From Picochlorum sp. SENEW3 (lineage: Eukaryota), in the NCBI GenBank assembly GCA_034226945.1, contig CP120453.1, positions 1,116,001 through 1,180,000 on the forward strand: a stretch of DNA of 64,000 bases, given 5' to 3'. Shown piece by piece: positions 1 through 11,802 of this stretch (positions within the stretch are counted from its first letter, which is position 1; every line of letters starts with the position of its first letter). The notes below the pieces were generated by a model. That model searched no databases. It was not told where the DNA came from and was given only the letters and a program-made list of their open reading frames with translations. Position numbers and translations under genes: made by a program.

Positions 1-1
1 A

Positions 2-406
2 TACGCTAAGAAATGTCATTAGGTACCCGGGGCAAGTCTCAATAATGATATAATACGGCAGAGCCTGGATCTGCATCTCAGCTTCAGATCTGTCACAGGG
101 ACAACACGAAGTGGGTCCATTTCCAAGGAGTTTCTGAGCATAAAACATATTTGACGCCTTTTTGAGATATTGAATCAACAAATTGGATTTAGGGCGAAGG
201 AAACAGCTGAAATCACATTGAATGGAAAGGACATGGTCAGAGGATGCTTGAATTTTGCACTGTGTCGACATCTCTCTCGTATCTGGCGTGAAATCGAATG
301 CCAAATGCAGATGTTCTCTATCTTGGTGTATCATGAGAGTATTTGGGGATGATGAACCTCGCAAAATTCGCCGGGGCTTTGGGGCACAAGGCTCGTACAG
401 AGGATG
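2..406 (-). CDS. Possible partial CDS running off the window start, product unknown
   Basis: Stop-free minus frame of ~135 codons from 406 to the window edge (...FYAQKLLGNGPTSCCPCDRSEAEMQIQALPYYIIIETCPGY...); no recognisable motif. Confidence 0.3.
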
Positions 407-1165
407 CTATGGACAGTGATCCAGGCAAGATTCCTCCACACAGGATCAGCCAAGCGACCATGTTTATTATGTTTGTGCACGAGGATATGCATACGCATTG
501 ATTCAGAGGTTTTAAGAGGCGATTGGATGCCAGCTTGGCACCTTTATCAAATTATCAATTATCAAAAGACGCCCCGCTCCCCCATAGGATTTTTTGGAAG
601 TCACTAATAGAAATCCCACAATCGACTTGATCCGCCCTAAGAAACAAACGAGACAAAGACAAAACTAACGACACACTACAATCATAATCTTCTCGAGATT
701 TGAAAACTCCACTTGAAAGGAAACTGAGACTCAAAAGAGTATCGAAAGTCCTCTCACTTAGGTTCTATGCAAAAGATAAACATGGTATCAGATCTGATGG
801 CCATCACCCATATGGGTGGTGAGAACATCTTTCGGAACATGTCGACATCGGTCTGCTTGTACGGTCCCGGTGTCTACTGTGTGGGGCCTGGACATCAATC
901 TCAGTCCAATTTTCCAAGCAACCCAGACTCGTCTTGTCGAATGGATGGAGATGTAGCGGTTTTGGAATATTTGGTTGTATGTTAAAAATAATTAGGTGTT
1001 TATGGGAAACGTCGGGTTTTACATTTGAATAACTGTGTGAATACTATCGTGTCGTAGAATCAGTTTTTTCATCTTTTCTTTTCTTTTCTTCTTCTCCGTG
1101 GTAAGAAAGGACGACGGCGCCTTCTGTGTGATATACCACTAGTAATAGTGGTAGTAGCAATTGGT

Positions 1166-2770
1166 ATGGCGTCTACACCGACAGGGCATGATATGGGTCA
1201 CCACCCTGCTGCAGCTGCAGCAGCTGCGTCTGGGATCCCTGGAGCGGCACCGCATCCCCATAACAGCGCGGATTTCTTTCTATCGAACTATAGGTTGGGG
1301 AAGACGCTTGGTATAGGGTCGTTTGGGAAGGTCAAGGTTGCGGAGCATATCCTCACTGGGAATAAAGTGGCAATTAAGATTTTGAATAGGAAGAAGATTA
1401 AGCAGATGGATATGGAGGAGAAGGTGAAGCGAGAGATTAAGATTTTGCGGTTGTTTATGCATCCTCATATAATTCGATTGTATGAAGTGATCGAGACGCC
1501 GACGGATATATACGTGATTATGGAATATGTCCGGAGTGGGGAGCTGTTTGATTATATTGTGGAGAAGGGTAGGCTTGTGGAGGATGAAGCTCGGCATTTC
1601 TTTCAGCAAATTATATCTGGAGTAGAGTATTGCCATAGACATATGGTGGTGCATAGAGATTTAAAGCCAGAGAATTTGCTTTTGGATTCGAGGGCAAATG
1701 TGAAGATTGCAGATTTTGGGTTGTCCAATGTCATGCATGATGGGCACTTTTTAAAGACATCGTGTGGGTCTCCCAATTATGCGGCGCCGGAAGTTATTTC
1801 AGGGAGGTTGTATGCTGGGCCTGAGGTTGATGTGTGGTCGTGTGGGGTGATTTTGTATGCTTTGTTGTGTGGTTCCCTGCCGTTTGATGATGAGAACATT
1901 CCCAATTTGTTCAAAAAGATTAAAGGAGGGATTTACACCTTGCCCAGTCATTTGTCTCCTGGAGCTCGGGATCTTATACCGAGGATGCTTTTGGTGGATC
2001 CGTTGAAACGGATAACGATTCCTGAGATTCGGCAGCATCCGTGGTTTACCATCCATCTGCCTCGGTATATTGCCGTGATGCAGGCTGGGCCATCGTCATC
2101 TGTTGGAGCCATGGTGGATACGGATTTGGTCAGGGAAGTTGAAAGGTTGGGATTCGAACGGCAGTTTATTATTGAAAGTTTGAGATCGAGACAACAGAAT
2201 AAAGCAACAGTGGCGTACCACTTGTTGGCTGATAATAGACACCGCATGCCATCGTCTGCATATTTGAAAGAGGAAATGACAGAAGGTAGAGATATTGGAT
2301 CGTACCCGTCTGCCGGGATGGGATCGCAGCGTAGCTCTGGAAGTCTTCAGCCAGCGCCTCGGATTGTCGTGGAGAGGAAATGGAGGCTTGGTATGAGAAC
2401 GAGGTGCCATCCTGGTCACTTGGTTCAAGAACTGTGCCGGGTCATGCGTGCCAATAATGTATCGTACAAGATGGGCAAGACGCCGTATAATGTCAAGTGT
2501 AGAGTCGAAATGTACAGTAGTGACTCAAAGAATGATGCTGACACGTCCATGATGGTGGATGACGAGACGAGTGAGACCAGTATGAGGGACATGGATGATG
2601 GGACAGCAGTGCCCCCCACGAGGAATGCGCAAATTGAGGTGATCAAGTTTGAGTTTCAAGTGTATCGGACGAGGGAAGGAGAGTATACATTAGACGTTCA
2701 GAGACTTGAAGGTAGTTTGTTGATGTTTCTCTCATTATCATCAGAATTGATGAGCGCATTGCAGTGTTGA
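1166..2770 (+). CDS. SnRK1: SNF1-related kinase catalytic alpha subunit (SnRK1/AMPK)
   Basis: LGIGSFGKV, HRDLKPEN, DFG, FLKTSCGSPNYAAPE; UBA and KA1-like C-terminus; first ATG at 1166; intronless CDS. Confidence 0.97.
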   Translation: MASTPTGHDMGHHPAAAAAAASGIPGAAPHPHNSADFFLSNYRLGKTLGIGSFGKVKVAEHILTGNKVAIKILNRKKIKQMDMEEKVKREIKILRLFMHPHIIRLYEVIETPTDIYVIMEYVRSGELFDYIVEKGRLVEDEARHFFQQIISGVEYCHRHMVVHRDLKPENLLLDSRANVKIADFGLSNVMHDGHFLKTSCGSPNYAAPEVISGRLYAGPEVDVWSCGVILYALLCGSLPFDDENIPNLFKKIKGGIYTLPSHLSPGARDLIPRMLLVDPLKRITIPEIRQHPWFTIHLPRYIAVMQAGPSSSVGAMVDTDLVREVERLGFERQFIIESLRSRQQNKATVAYHLLADNRHRMPSSAYLKEEMTEGRDIGSYPSAGMGSQRSSGSLQPAPRIVVERKWRLGMRTRCHPGHLVQELCRVMRANNVSYKMGKTPYNVKCRVEMYSSDSKNDADTSMMVDDETSETSMRDMDDGTAVPPTRNAQIEVIKFEFQVYRTREGEYTLDVQRLEGSLLMFLSLSSELMSALQC

Positions 2771-2782
2771 CATGATTGACTG

Positions 2783-3754
2783 TTACACATAAATATTTGT
2801 TGTAAAATTGTGTGCCAGCGAATCCTCTGCTGATTCTGACAGTGCTTTGATGTGCTCCATCCTCTTTACTCTCTTCTTGCAGCATTTTTTATACTTTTTA
2901 TTAGAGCCACAAGGACACGTGGTCTTCGCTTTTGATGATTTTTTTGCCCTTGAGGGCATGCTCTCTGGCATTACAAAGCACACATTACATGGAGCAGCAT
3001 GATTGGTATCCTGAGGATGGCGTACACGGATTTCAACTCGAATATAATGGGATTCTTCTTGAATATCATCTACCTCATCGTGCTGACGATCAGCACCGCT
3101 GTGTTGTTTTGGAGGAGCAGCGCCATGGGCATGTGTCCCTGCTGATGCCAAGATTTCATCATTCACACGAGGGCAACAGGATAGAGGTTTTCCCGTAGCT
3201 CTATCCCTCACAGAATTATAATGATTTCCATCGTGATAAGCTATATGAATCATTCGTGCGCTCTCTTCGGGAAAATTCAGTATCGTCCAAGACGCCTGAA
3301 AGGACTGAAAAATCCGTACATTGACATGAAACAGGGTTGAGAATGCTTGTATTTCGATATTTCCGCCCCATACGTCTTCTTCAGACATTCGCTCTATATA
3401 GTCCTCAAACGACTCATCATCCTCAATAAAACAACTAAAAAATTCTTCACCAGCAGAAATTTCCTGCACAATCTTCTTCCTGAGGTCAACATGGTCCTCA
3501 ACTCCTCCTGCATCTTCCAAACACTCCAACTGATCATACAATGATCGAAACAGACAGTTCCCATCAGCAGGAACCTCATGCACATAAGCTCCTATTTGAT
3601 GCAACTGCTGCTGAACATTTACATTTGTAGACTGCTGCTGCTGCTGCTGCTGCTGTCCACCACCATGACCCTGCTGTGCTTTCTTTTTGCTATTCTGCTG
3701 CTGTTTGCTCTTTTTGTTCTTCTTGCCCTTCTTCTTGCTATGATGTCCTGCCAT
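2783..3754 (-). CDS. OTU-domain deubiquitinase (OTUD3-like) with C-terminal SEC-C motif
   Basis: VPADGNCLFRS, WGGNIE, YHDGNHYNSV; CPCGSNKKYKKCC. Confidence 0.9.
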   Translation of the reverse strand: MAGHHSKKKGKKNKKSKQQQNSKKKAQQGHGGGQQQQQQQQSTNVNVQQQLHQIGAYVHEVPADGNCLFRSLYDQLECLEDAGGVEDHVDLRKKIVQEISAGEEFFSCFIEDDESFEDYIERMSEEDVWGGNIEIQAFSTLFHVNVRIFQSFQASWTILNFPEESARMIHIAYHDGNHYNSVRDRATGKPLSCCPRVNDEILASAGTHAHGAAPPKQHSGADRQHDEVDDIQEESHYIRVEIRVRHPQDTNHAAPCNVCFVMPESMPSRAKKSSKAKTTCPCGSNKKYKKCCKKRVKRMEHIKALSESAEDSLAHNFTTNIYV

Positions 3755-3788
3755 GGTGATGCATCAAACATCTCTCTCTCTCTCTCTC
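3632..3788. repeat. (CTG)n polyQ tract in the OTU CDS and (CT)n tract in its 5' leader
   Basis: ctgctgctg... at ~3632-3654; tctctctc... at ~3771-3788. Confidence 0.85.
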
Positions 3789-4307
3789 CAACTCTACTTA
3801 TGCTGCTATCTAGGAAGAAAAAAAGACTGGGAGCATTCTTTAGTTTGGGTTGAACCACACTCTATTAGTAGTAAAGTATACTTTACACAGCACACTTCCT
3901 CATGCCAATCACGATGATGCTCCTGGGTGTCACTCATCACACACATGCAGTATACTATTTTCAACATGATTGCTGATACATTGATGCGCTCTCAATAATT
4001 GACTCGAGGTTGTGGTTTAAAGTATTATTTACGGAGTCCAACGACGCGTGACCAGACATGGCCATGTGAAGAAAAGTCACCCGACTGCTGCAACTCTCAG
4101 TAGTATTAGACTATATTTCCGAAAAACTCGTAACTTATTGGGATTCGGTTGATCTGCGTGTGCTGTGTGGATCGTCAGGGGGTGGATGCCACTGTCGTTG
4201 CTGGTATAACGACGACTCGTGCAGAATTGCATCAGTCTGTAATCGACGCGATAGACGTGCGGATACATTGCATCAGTGTAACATAGTGCTATAAAAAGCA
4301 TTGAAAT

Positions 4308-5795
4308 ATGGCTGGAACTGGAACGCTGTCGCCTCCCCTTGCGACGGCGTTGGGAACGTATTTTGTATGGACGTGTCTCTTTTTGCTGGGTCACCTGAGG
4401 GACTTTTTACGCAACATGTTCTTCAGCCGGACCAAGAAGAAGGGATATGCACCCATCAGGCAGGACTATGAGGATTTTTACACCCGTCGAATGTACTATA
4501 GGGTTCATGATTGTTGGAATAGACCTATTTGTAGTGCTCCAACAAACTGGATTGATGTTATGGAGCGGTCAGAGGTGAATGGCCAGAATCCCATCAATGT
4601 GACAGGGAGAACGATTCGATGTTTGAATTTAGGATCGTATAATTATCTAGGTTTTGCTGCGCATGATGCATATTGCACGCCACGAGTGAATGCCTGTATG
4701 AAGGCATATGGGTGGGGTCCTTGTAGCAGTCGTGGCGATGCTGGGACGCTTCCTGTGCATGTGCAGCTGGAGAAGGAGATGGCAGAGTATTTGGGAAAGG
4801 AAGATTGCATTACATGTGGGATGGGATTTGCGACGAATTCGACCTTTATTCCAGTGTTGGCTGAGAAGGGGACATTGTTCCTCTCTGATGCTTTGAACCA
4901 TGCATCTATTGTGTCGGGAGTGAGAGGGAGCGGAGCCAAAGTAAAAGTGTTCAGTCATAATGAACCAGAGCAGCTCGAGGCAATTTTGAGAGCTGTTATC
5001 GCTGAGGGGCAGCCACGGACAGGTCGTCCATGGAAGAAGATTATCATTATTATTGAAGGGATATATTCCATGGAGGGTGAGATGGCCAAACTGAAGGAGA
5101 TTGTGGAGATTAAGAAGAAATACAAAGCATATCTGTATCTTGATGAGGCGCACAGTATTGGAGCGCTCGGAGCGACAGGGCGTGGCGTGTGTGAGGCATT
5201 CGGAGTGGATTCAAAAGATGTGGATATTATGATGGGGACATTCACCAAGAGTTTTGGATCGTGTGGTGGCTATATTGCTGGAGATAAGAAGTTAATAGAT
5301 TACTTGAGGGCACATTGTGCTGCTCATTTGTATTCTACGGCCATGTCGGGTCCTGCCGTAGAGATGGTCTTGTCAGCCCTCCGGGTTGTGAGAGGTATGG
5401 ATGGAACGACATCTGGCAAGGATAAGATTGAGAGGCTCAGGAAGAATTCGAATTATTTCAGAGGAAAGTTGTTAGAGATGGGATTGAATGTTCTTGGTGA
5501 TTGGGACTCTCCAGTCATGCCGATAATGATGTTTAAACCTACATCGCTCGTGGCCTGTAGCAGGGAGATGCTGAAGCGTGGTGTAGCAGTGGTGGTGGTT
5601 GGGTTCCCTGCGACGCCATTGTTGACAGCAAGGGTGAGGGTCTGTATATCTGCATGTCATACAAAAGAGGACTTGGATTTCGCTCTAGATATGTTCAGAG
5701 ATGTGGGAAATCTTCTGGGCATTGCATATCGATCCAAAGACAATTTGAAGCACCTGACAGCAGCAAGAAATTCAGGTGTTGAGCTCATGCTTTGA
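4308..5795 (+). CDS. LCB2: Serine palmitoyltransferase subunit 2
   Basis: NLGSYNYLGF, DEAHSIGA, GTFTKSFG PLP-lysine motif, GFPATP. Confidence 0.95.
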   Translation: MAGTGTLSPPLATALGTYFVWTCLFLLGHLRDFLRNMFFSRTKKKGYAPIRQDYEDFYTRRMYYRVHDCWNRPICSAPTNWIDVMERSEVNGQNPINVTGRTIRCLNLGSYNYLGFAAHDAYCTPRVNACMKAYGWGPCSSRGDAGTLPVHVQLEKEMAEYLGKEDCITCGMGFATNSTFIPVLAEKGTLFLSDALNHASIVSGVRGSGAKVKVFSHNEPEQLEAILRAVIAEGQPRTGRPWKKIIIIIEGIYSMEGEMAKLKEIVEIKKKYKAYLYLDEAHSIGALGATGRGVCEAFGVDSKDVDIMMGTFTKSFGSCGGYIAGDKKLIDYLRAHCAAHLYSTAMSGPAVEMVLSALRVVRGMDGTTSGKDKIERLRKNSNYFRGKLLEMGLNVLGDWDSPVMPIMMFKPTSLVACSREMLKRGVAVVVVGFPATPLLTARVRVCISACHTKEDLDFALDMFRDVGNLLGIAYRSKDNLKHLTAARNSGVELML

Positions 5796-5878
5796 TCGGG
5801 AAATAAACGGAATCTATTTTACGAAAGAATTTTTTTAAAAAAGTGTATTCATTTTTTGTTTCGAGACCATGGTAACTT

Positions 5879-8800
5879 TTAGTGCACGAGGTCCTTGTGC
5901 TGTTTCGTTCTGGTGAGGTCCTTGAGGTTGGCTGTTGCAGCTTCAATGTCCTTGGCATTGAAAATGGCCCTCACGACAGCGACTCCATCAGCACCACTCT
6001 CTTGTAAAGTGCGAGATGCGTTTGTATCATCTATACCTCCAATTGCAACAACAGGGATGGAAACGTGCTCTTTAATCTGCCTGACACCATGGGTTCCTAT
6101 GACTGAGGAGTCTTTCGTTATTGTGGGGTAGGTTGCCCCACATCCAACATAATCTGCTCCATCACGCTGCGCTTTGAGAGCCAATTCTACCGTTTTGCAC
6201 GACACCCCTACAATTTTATCCTGTCCAATCATTTTGCGGACATGTGCTGCAGGAATATCACCCTGTCCTACATGAACTCCACATGCATCTGCAGCTATTG
6301 CCACATCAACCCTATCATTCACGATAACCTTGACACCTGCAGGTCTGCAGAGCCGTACTATTTTGGACACAATACGGGTCAATCTACCTCCTTCAGATAC
6401 CTTATCGCGTATCTGAATGACTGTAGCACCTCCAGCGATGACAGATTGCATTGTTTGAAGAATTTCTTCATCTGATCGATCTTCTGATGTTGTGCTTGGG
6501 CTTGTCACCGCATAAAGAGAAACATCAACGGGATTGGGAACCCGAGCCGTCTGTGGGGATCTAGGCCAGTCATATTGACCGTATGACAGGTTCATTGGCT
6601 TTTGATCCCCCTGTCCTATATTCAATCCTGAGGATCGTTCCATGGCCCTCCAGACAAACTTCTTGGCCTTGTCAACAGCATGGAGGACATTCTCCCCCTG
6701 TGATACGTATGATGCAATGGCAGAAGCTAATGAGCAACCTGTACCATGATTATTTGTAGCATTCAGAAGAGGTGTGGAAAATTCGACAAATTCTTTCCCA
6801 TCAAACAATACGTCAATGGCATTGGATGAACCGTCCTGCAAATGGCCTCCTTTAATGAGAACATATCTAGGACCAAACTTGTACAGTTTCTCCGCGGCCA
6901 GTTTCATCGAATCCACAGAATCAATCACAATATTGTCATCGAGGAGATGTATTGCTTCAGGAATATTCGGAGTCACGACCGTGGCCACGGGGAACAAGTG
7001 CTCCTTCATGGCATCAATGATGCCTTGCTCTGCCAGAGATGACCCAGAGCTCGATGCCAAAACCGGATCCAAAACGATCGGCGGCCTTGATGGCATTCGT
7101 TTCACAGCCTCGGAGACTGCTATCACATTATCAACCGATCCAAGCATTCCAATTTTAATACAGTCCGCTCCGATATCAGTGTAGACATATCTGATCTGGT
7201 CTTGGACAATGTCTGAGGGAATGTTGTATATTGATTCCACACCAACTGTATTTTGCACGGTGATGGCAGCAACAGCATTTGTGGCAAATGAACCACACGC
7301 TGTGCATGTCTTGATGTCGGCCTGCAAACCAGCACCTCCTCCAGAATCACTTCCAGAGATGAGCATCACTCTGGGAACATGGCTGACTGACGCAGTCTCT
7401 TCTCGCTCTGAGCACCAACTCTCTGCAGATACTACCCCATATATTTCATCCCAAGAATTCGTCTGATATAAAACCTTTCCTGAACCATCACTATTCGAGT
7501 TATAGACAAAGTCTTCCAGCGGGAGAACAGGTATTCCTGCTATCCTCAGTACTGACATGAGTGTTTGGTTCTCTCCAAAGATGATTCCCATGGATGCCTC
7601 CATCAAAGAGCCAATGTCCGTGACCGAATCTCCCACATATATTGAAAAATCGCTTTCTTTCTGCAATTGAATCATAATTTTGGCTTTATCTGTCGCATTC
7701 TCGCATTGCGTGTGCACCAAACCTGTACTCCTATCACCACCATCAAATTCCATCCTGTTGGCTATGATGTGGACGACACCAGGTCGTTCTTCCATATCAA
7801 CCGATGCGAGATCTGAGACTACTTCTACCGCTATACCGTGTCTTTGGAATACCTTTTCAATCATCTCCGATGACCAATTCACGGACACGACTGCTGCATG
7901 CATTCCACAGTCAAGAGCATGCTGCAGTGTTTCAGGGCACCTAGGCTGCATGGCAATACCGTTGGCAGACTTCTGCAGCGATTCAGGAGTGGCTCCTGAT
8001 AAGAGGGACGATTCAAAACAAACCTTATTCCTGTAGCTATCAAATTTCGACACTTCCATCAGGAACTCGGCCAACCATTCTTGTCCCTTCACAGGAGAGG
8101 CTCCCAATCCCTCAGGAACCAATCGCCCCAAAAGATCCTCACGCTCAGACACATACTCACTCAAAAGTTTCTTATATAGCAATTCTTTATGTTGTCTCTC
8201 TTCGGGACCAACAGAATCACCATGATATGCTGCATCAACAATTTTCGAGATTGTGTCCCCCTGGGAAGAAGTTTCATCAAAATCAACCACCAAAATGCCA
8301 CGACCCTTGTTTATTTTCGGCTCAGTGTTTGCTCCAAAGAACTGGAGCTCCTTCTTCATCGCATAGGAGTAATGTTGATGGCAACGATCTGCACAGACAA
8401 GGCAAAACAGTTGTAACCACCTCCAACTGACGGACAGCCAAATCACAATTTTGATTCACACCATGCTTTGTTGCAGGTAATACTGCTATATATTGATTTT
8501 TTATCAATATATGGTGTGTATCACGCGGCAAAAAGACCGAATGGTGCCTCAGCCAGTGGCTGCTTGGCCGAGTGCCTTGTTGACATGTCAACGCCTTGAC
8601 GACCATTCGCAGCATAATTACGACATTATAAAGTGCAATTATCCACAATATAATTTATTGTAATTTTTTAATGCCAGTACCGTACCTTTTGTGATAGCAT
8701 CATGCGATGCTACATCCAACACAGATTCTGCCATTGAAACACACCTCAGAAAATGGTCAGAGCTGTATTCGAGTATCCATTTTCCATAGGGATGGTCTTC

Positions 8801-9466
8801 AGGATCTCTTCCGTACTTCTCAAAAGCTATAGTCTTGATTTTTCTCGCAACCTCTGCGTAGAGCCTGAAGCAGGGCAACAAGGAGGAGGCAACATGAACT
8901 GCCCCATCATTTCCTGATGGATTTGAAGCAACACGGGCCAAAAATTCTGTATATAACGATGTCGCCCACATAATATCATCATGTGAGAGATTTTCAAGGT
9001 CAATAAAGGTACCATGGATGTTGTCTAGTTCAGTTTCAACAGTTTCCAATAGATGAGAGATGTCAGCACATATGCCTGTTTTGTGGTCATCTGCAATCAT
9101 TGGGTCAACGGCAGCGAGTTGGAGCATTGTCCTAATGGCTTCACGAAATACACTTAAATAGTATACATCTTGAGACAAGTACTTTTCGAATCGTTCTCTT
9201 GGCAATGTTCCGTCTGCAATGCCCCTGACAAATGGGTTGAACAAGCTGGCATAATACAGATGTTGATTCTCTTCCCAAAGCACGCGTGTTGCATTCGACG
9301 TGGCCTTTGTCACCTGAACAATCTTTGTTGCACTTTGGGACACACTAATTGCGTGCCTTTTGCACAAAGGGGGAGTCGCTTTAGAGAAGAAGCAACCCTT
9401 GCTTATTGAGCCCACCCTACCTGGCATGAAAGGGATACTGCAGAGACTGCAGGGAAGCGATTTCAT
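5879..9466 (-). CDS. Four-domain thiamine enzyme: TenA + HAD phosphatase (TH2-like) fused to HMP(-P) kinase ThiD + thiamine-phosphate synthase ThiE (TH1-like); exons 9466-8686 and 8388-5879, ~1096 aa
   Basis: TenA: YLSQDVYYL, LLPCFRLY, PYGKWI; HAD: DFDET, YVGDSVTD; ThiD: GSDSGGGAGLQAD, HGTGC; ThiE: QIRDK, NDRVD, GVHVGQGD, AIGGI. A GT..AG intron at 8685-8389 joins the two ORFs in phase 1 (AAA G|AT) and restores the TenA last helix (AMKKELQFF). Confidence 0.88.
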
Positions 9467-9566
9467 ACTTTTTGATCGATAATTATATAAAATATAGTAA
9501 ATGCAGCTTCCATAATGACCGCATTCTCGAGGCGATGACAATTCTAGAACACGAGGAATGGCTATG

Positions 9567-9616
9567 ATTTGTCACAATATGGCACTATTATTTGTCACAA
9601 ATGATGATTTGTCACA
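9567..9616. promoter_or_regulatory. Three copies of ATTTGTCACA in the divergent promoter of the thiamine genes
   Basis: Exact 10-mers at 9567-9576, 9590-9599, 9607-9616. Confidence 0.55.
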
Positions 9617-9816
9617 TTGTGATCCGGGGCAACCGTCAAATGCTCCAACATCCAGCCTCCAGTCCATCTCAATCTATTATTAAATACTTTGGATTTTGTA
9701 TCAGAGTGCGTACTTTGTACCAGATGTCATTCAACATGCCTGCATGCACATGCTTGACCTGACTGTGTATATATGCTCAGCCTGACCCTCGTTTTCTACC
9801 CAATGTAGGATATTGA

Positions 9817-10875
<1,059 letters not shown>

Positions 10876-11093
10876 TCAGCATCTGCAATGATGAAAATGC
10901 CATGATGCAATGTATTTTCTCAAGTTTTGTAACCCATACACATCTACATGGAGATACACACAAGCTCATTTTTTCCTCGGGACTCGCGAATCCACCTTTC
11001 AATCGTCGTCTGCATATCCAAGCACATCTGGATGCTTCGCTAATGTGACCCGAACGTGATCCATTGATTCTCATCCCTAGCTCATCACATGTG

Positions 11094-11260
11094 GGTGTGC
11101 CCTTGGTCATCAAAAAGAGACACAGATGACGGCACTTCGAACACCTGAAAATGAAGTATTGTATCTCAATTGAGGACTTCTTGATGGGGCTGTATCCGGG
11201 TGAAATTGTCCGTGGGACAATCATTGAGTGGTAGCTCAACCAGAACCCAGATAGGATACA
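11094..11260. ncRNA. Candidate structured RNA element downstream of THI4
   Basis: Hairpin at 11094-11145 and a three-way junction at 11191-11260 seen by eye; no family match recognised. Confidence 0.3.
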
Positions 11261-11430
11261 CTGCCGACGCAATAGAGCACTTGCACATTGTATCACCGGG
11301 ATATATAATCTAAATAACAATGATCTACGAAATCAACGACTCAGGACAATAATATATATAAACTGCGCCAGCGTATGTTGCAATATACCCTCAAATCCAC
11401 ACTGCCAAACGAATTGATTCGTCTGATATC

Positions 11431-11475
11431 AGATCTAGATCTCAATCGATCGAGATCGAGATCGAGATCGAAATC
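11431..11475. repeat. GATC-rich tandem repeat (GATCGA)x4
   Basis: agatctagatctcaatcgatcgagatcgagatcgagatcgaaatc. Confidence 0.8.
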
Positions 11476-11802
11476 TACGTGTACACGTGACATGTCATCA
11501 AACCTAGAGTTCGTATTTCGTCATCGCCACTGAATAGATGGATACCTGGACGACCCATCCTCCACATTATAATTCACGCAACTAGTATTCGATGCAAGAT
11601 TGCCAAGCTTGACGAAGGGTGTACTGTGATTGGTCTCGATTTACTGACACGTCGCACTTTACAACGCGTGGTAAGGGCAGCCGTCTGTCCAATATCAATT
11701 GCAGAAAAACATTATAGCACCTATTGGTGCATATACTATTTCTATTGATACGAATAAAAGCAACAAACTTTCTCACTTTGCGTGTGACCGGCGCTCACAA
11801 AA

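Noticed and set aside
11197..11248. Hammerhead-ribozyme-like junction (GAAA-stem-UC-stem)
   Set aside because: The essential CUGANGA core is absent (reads CCAGA)
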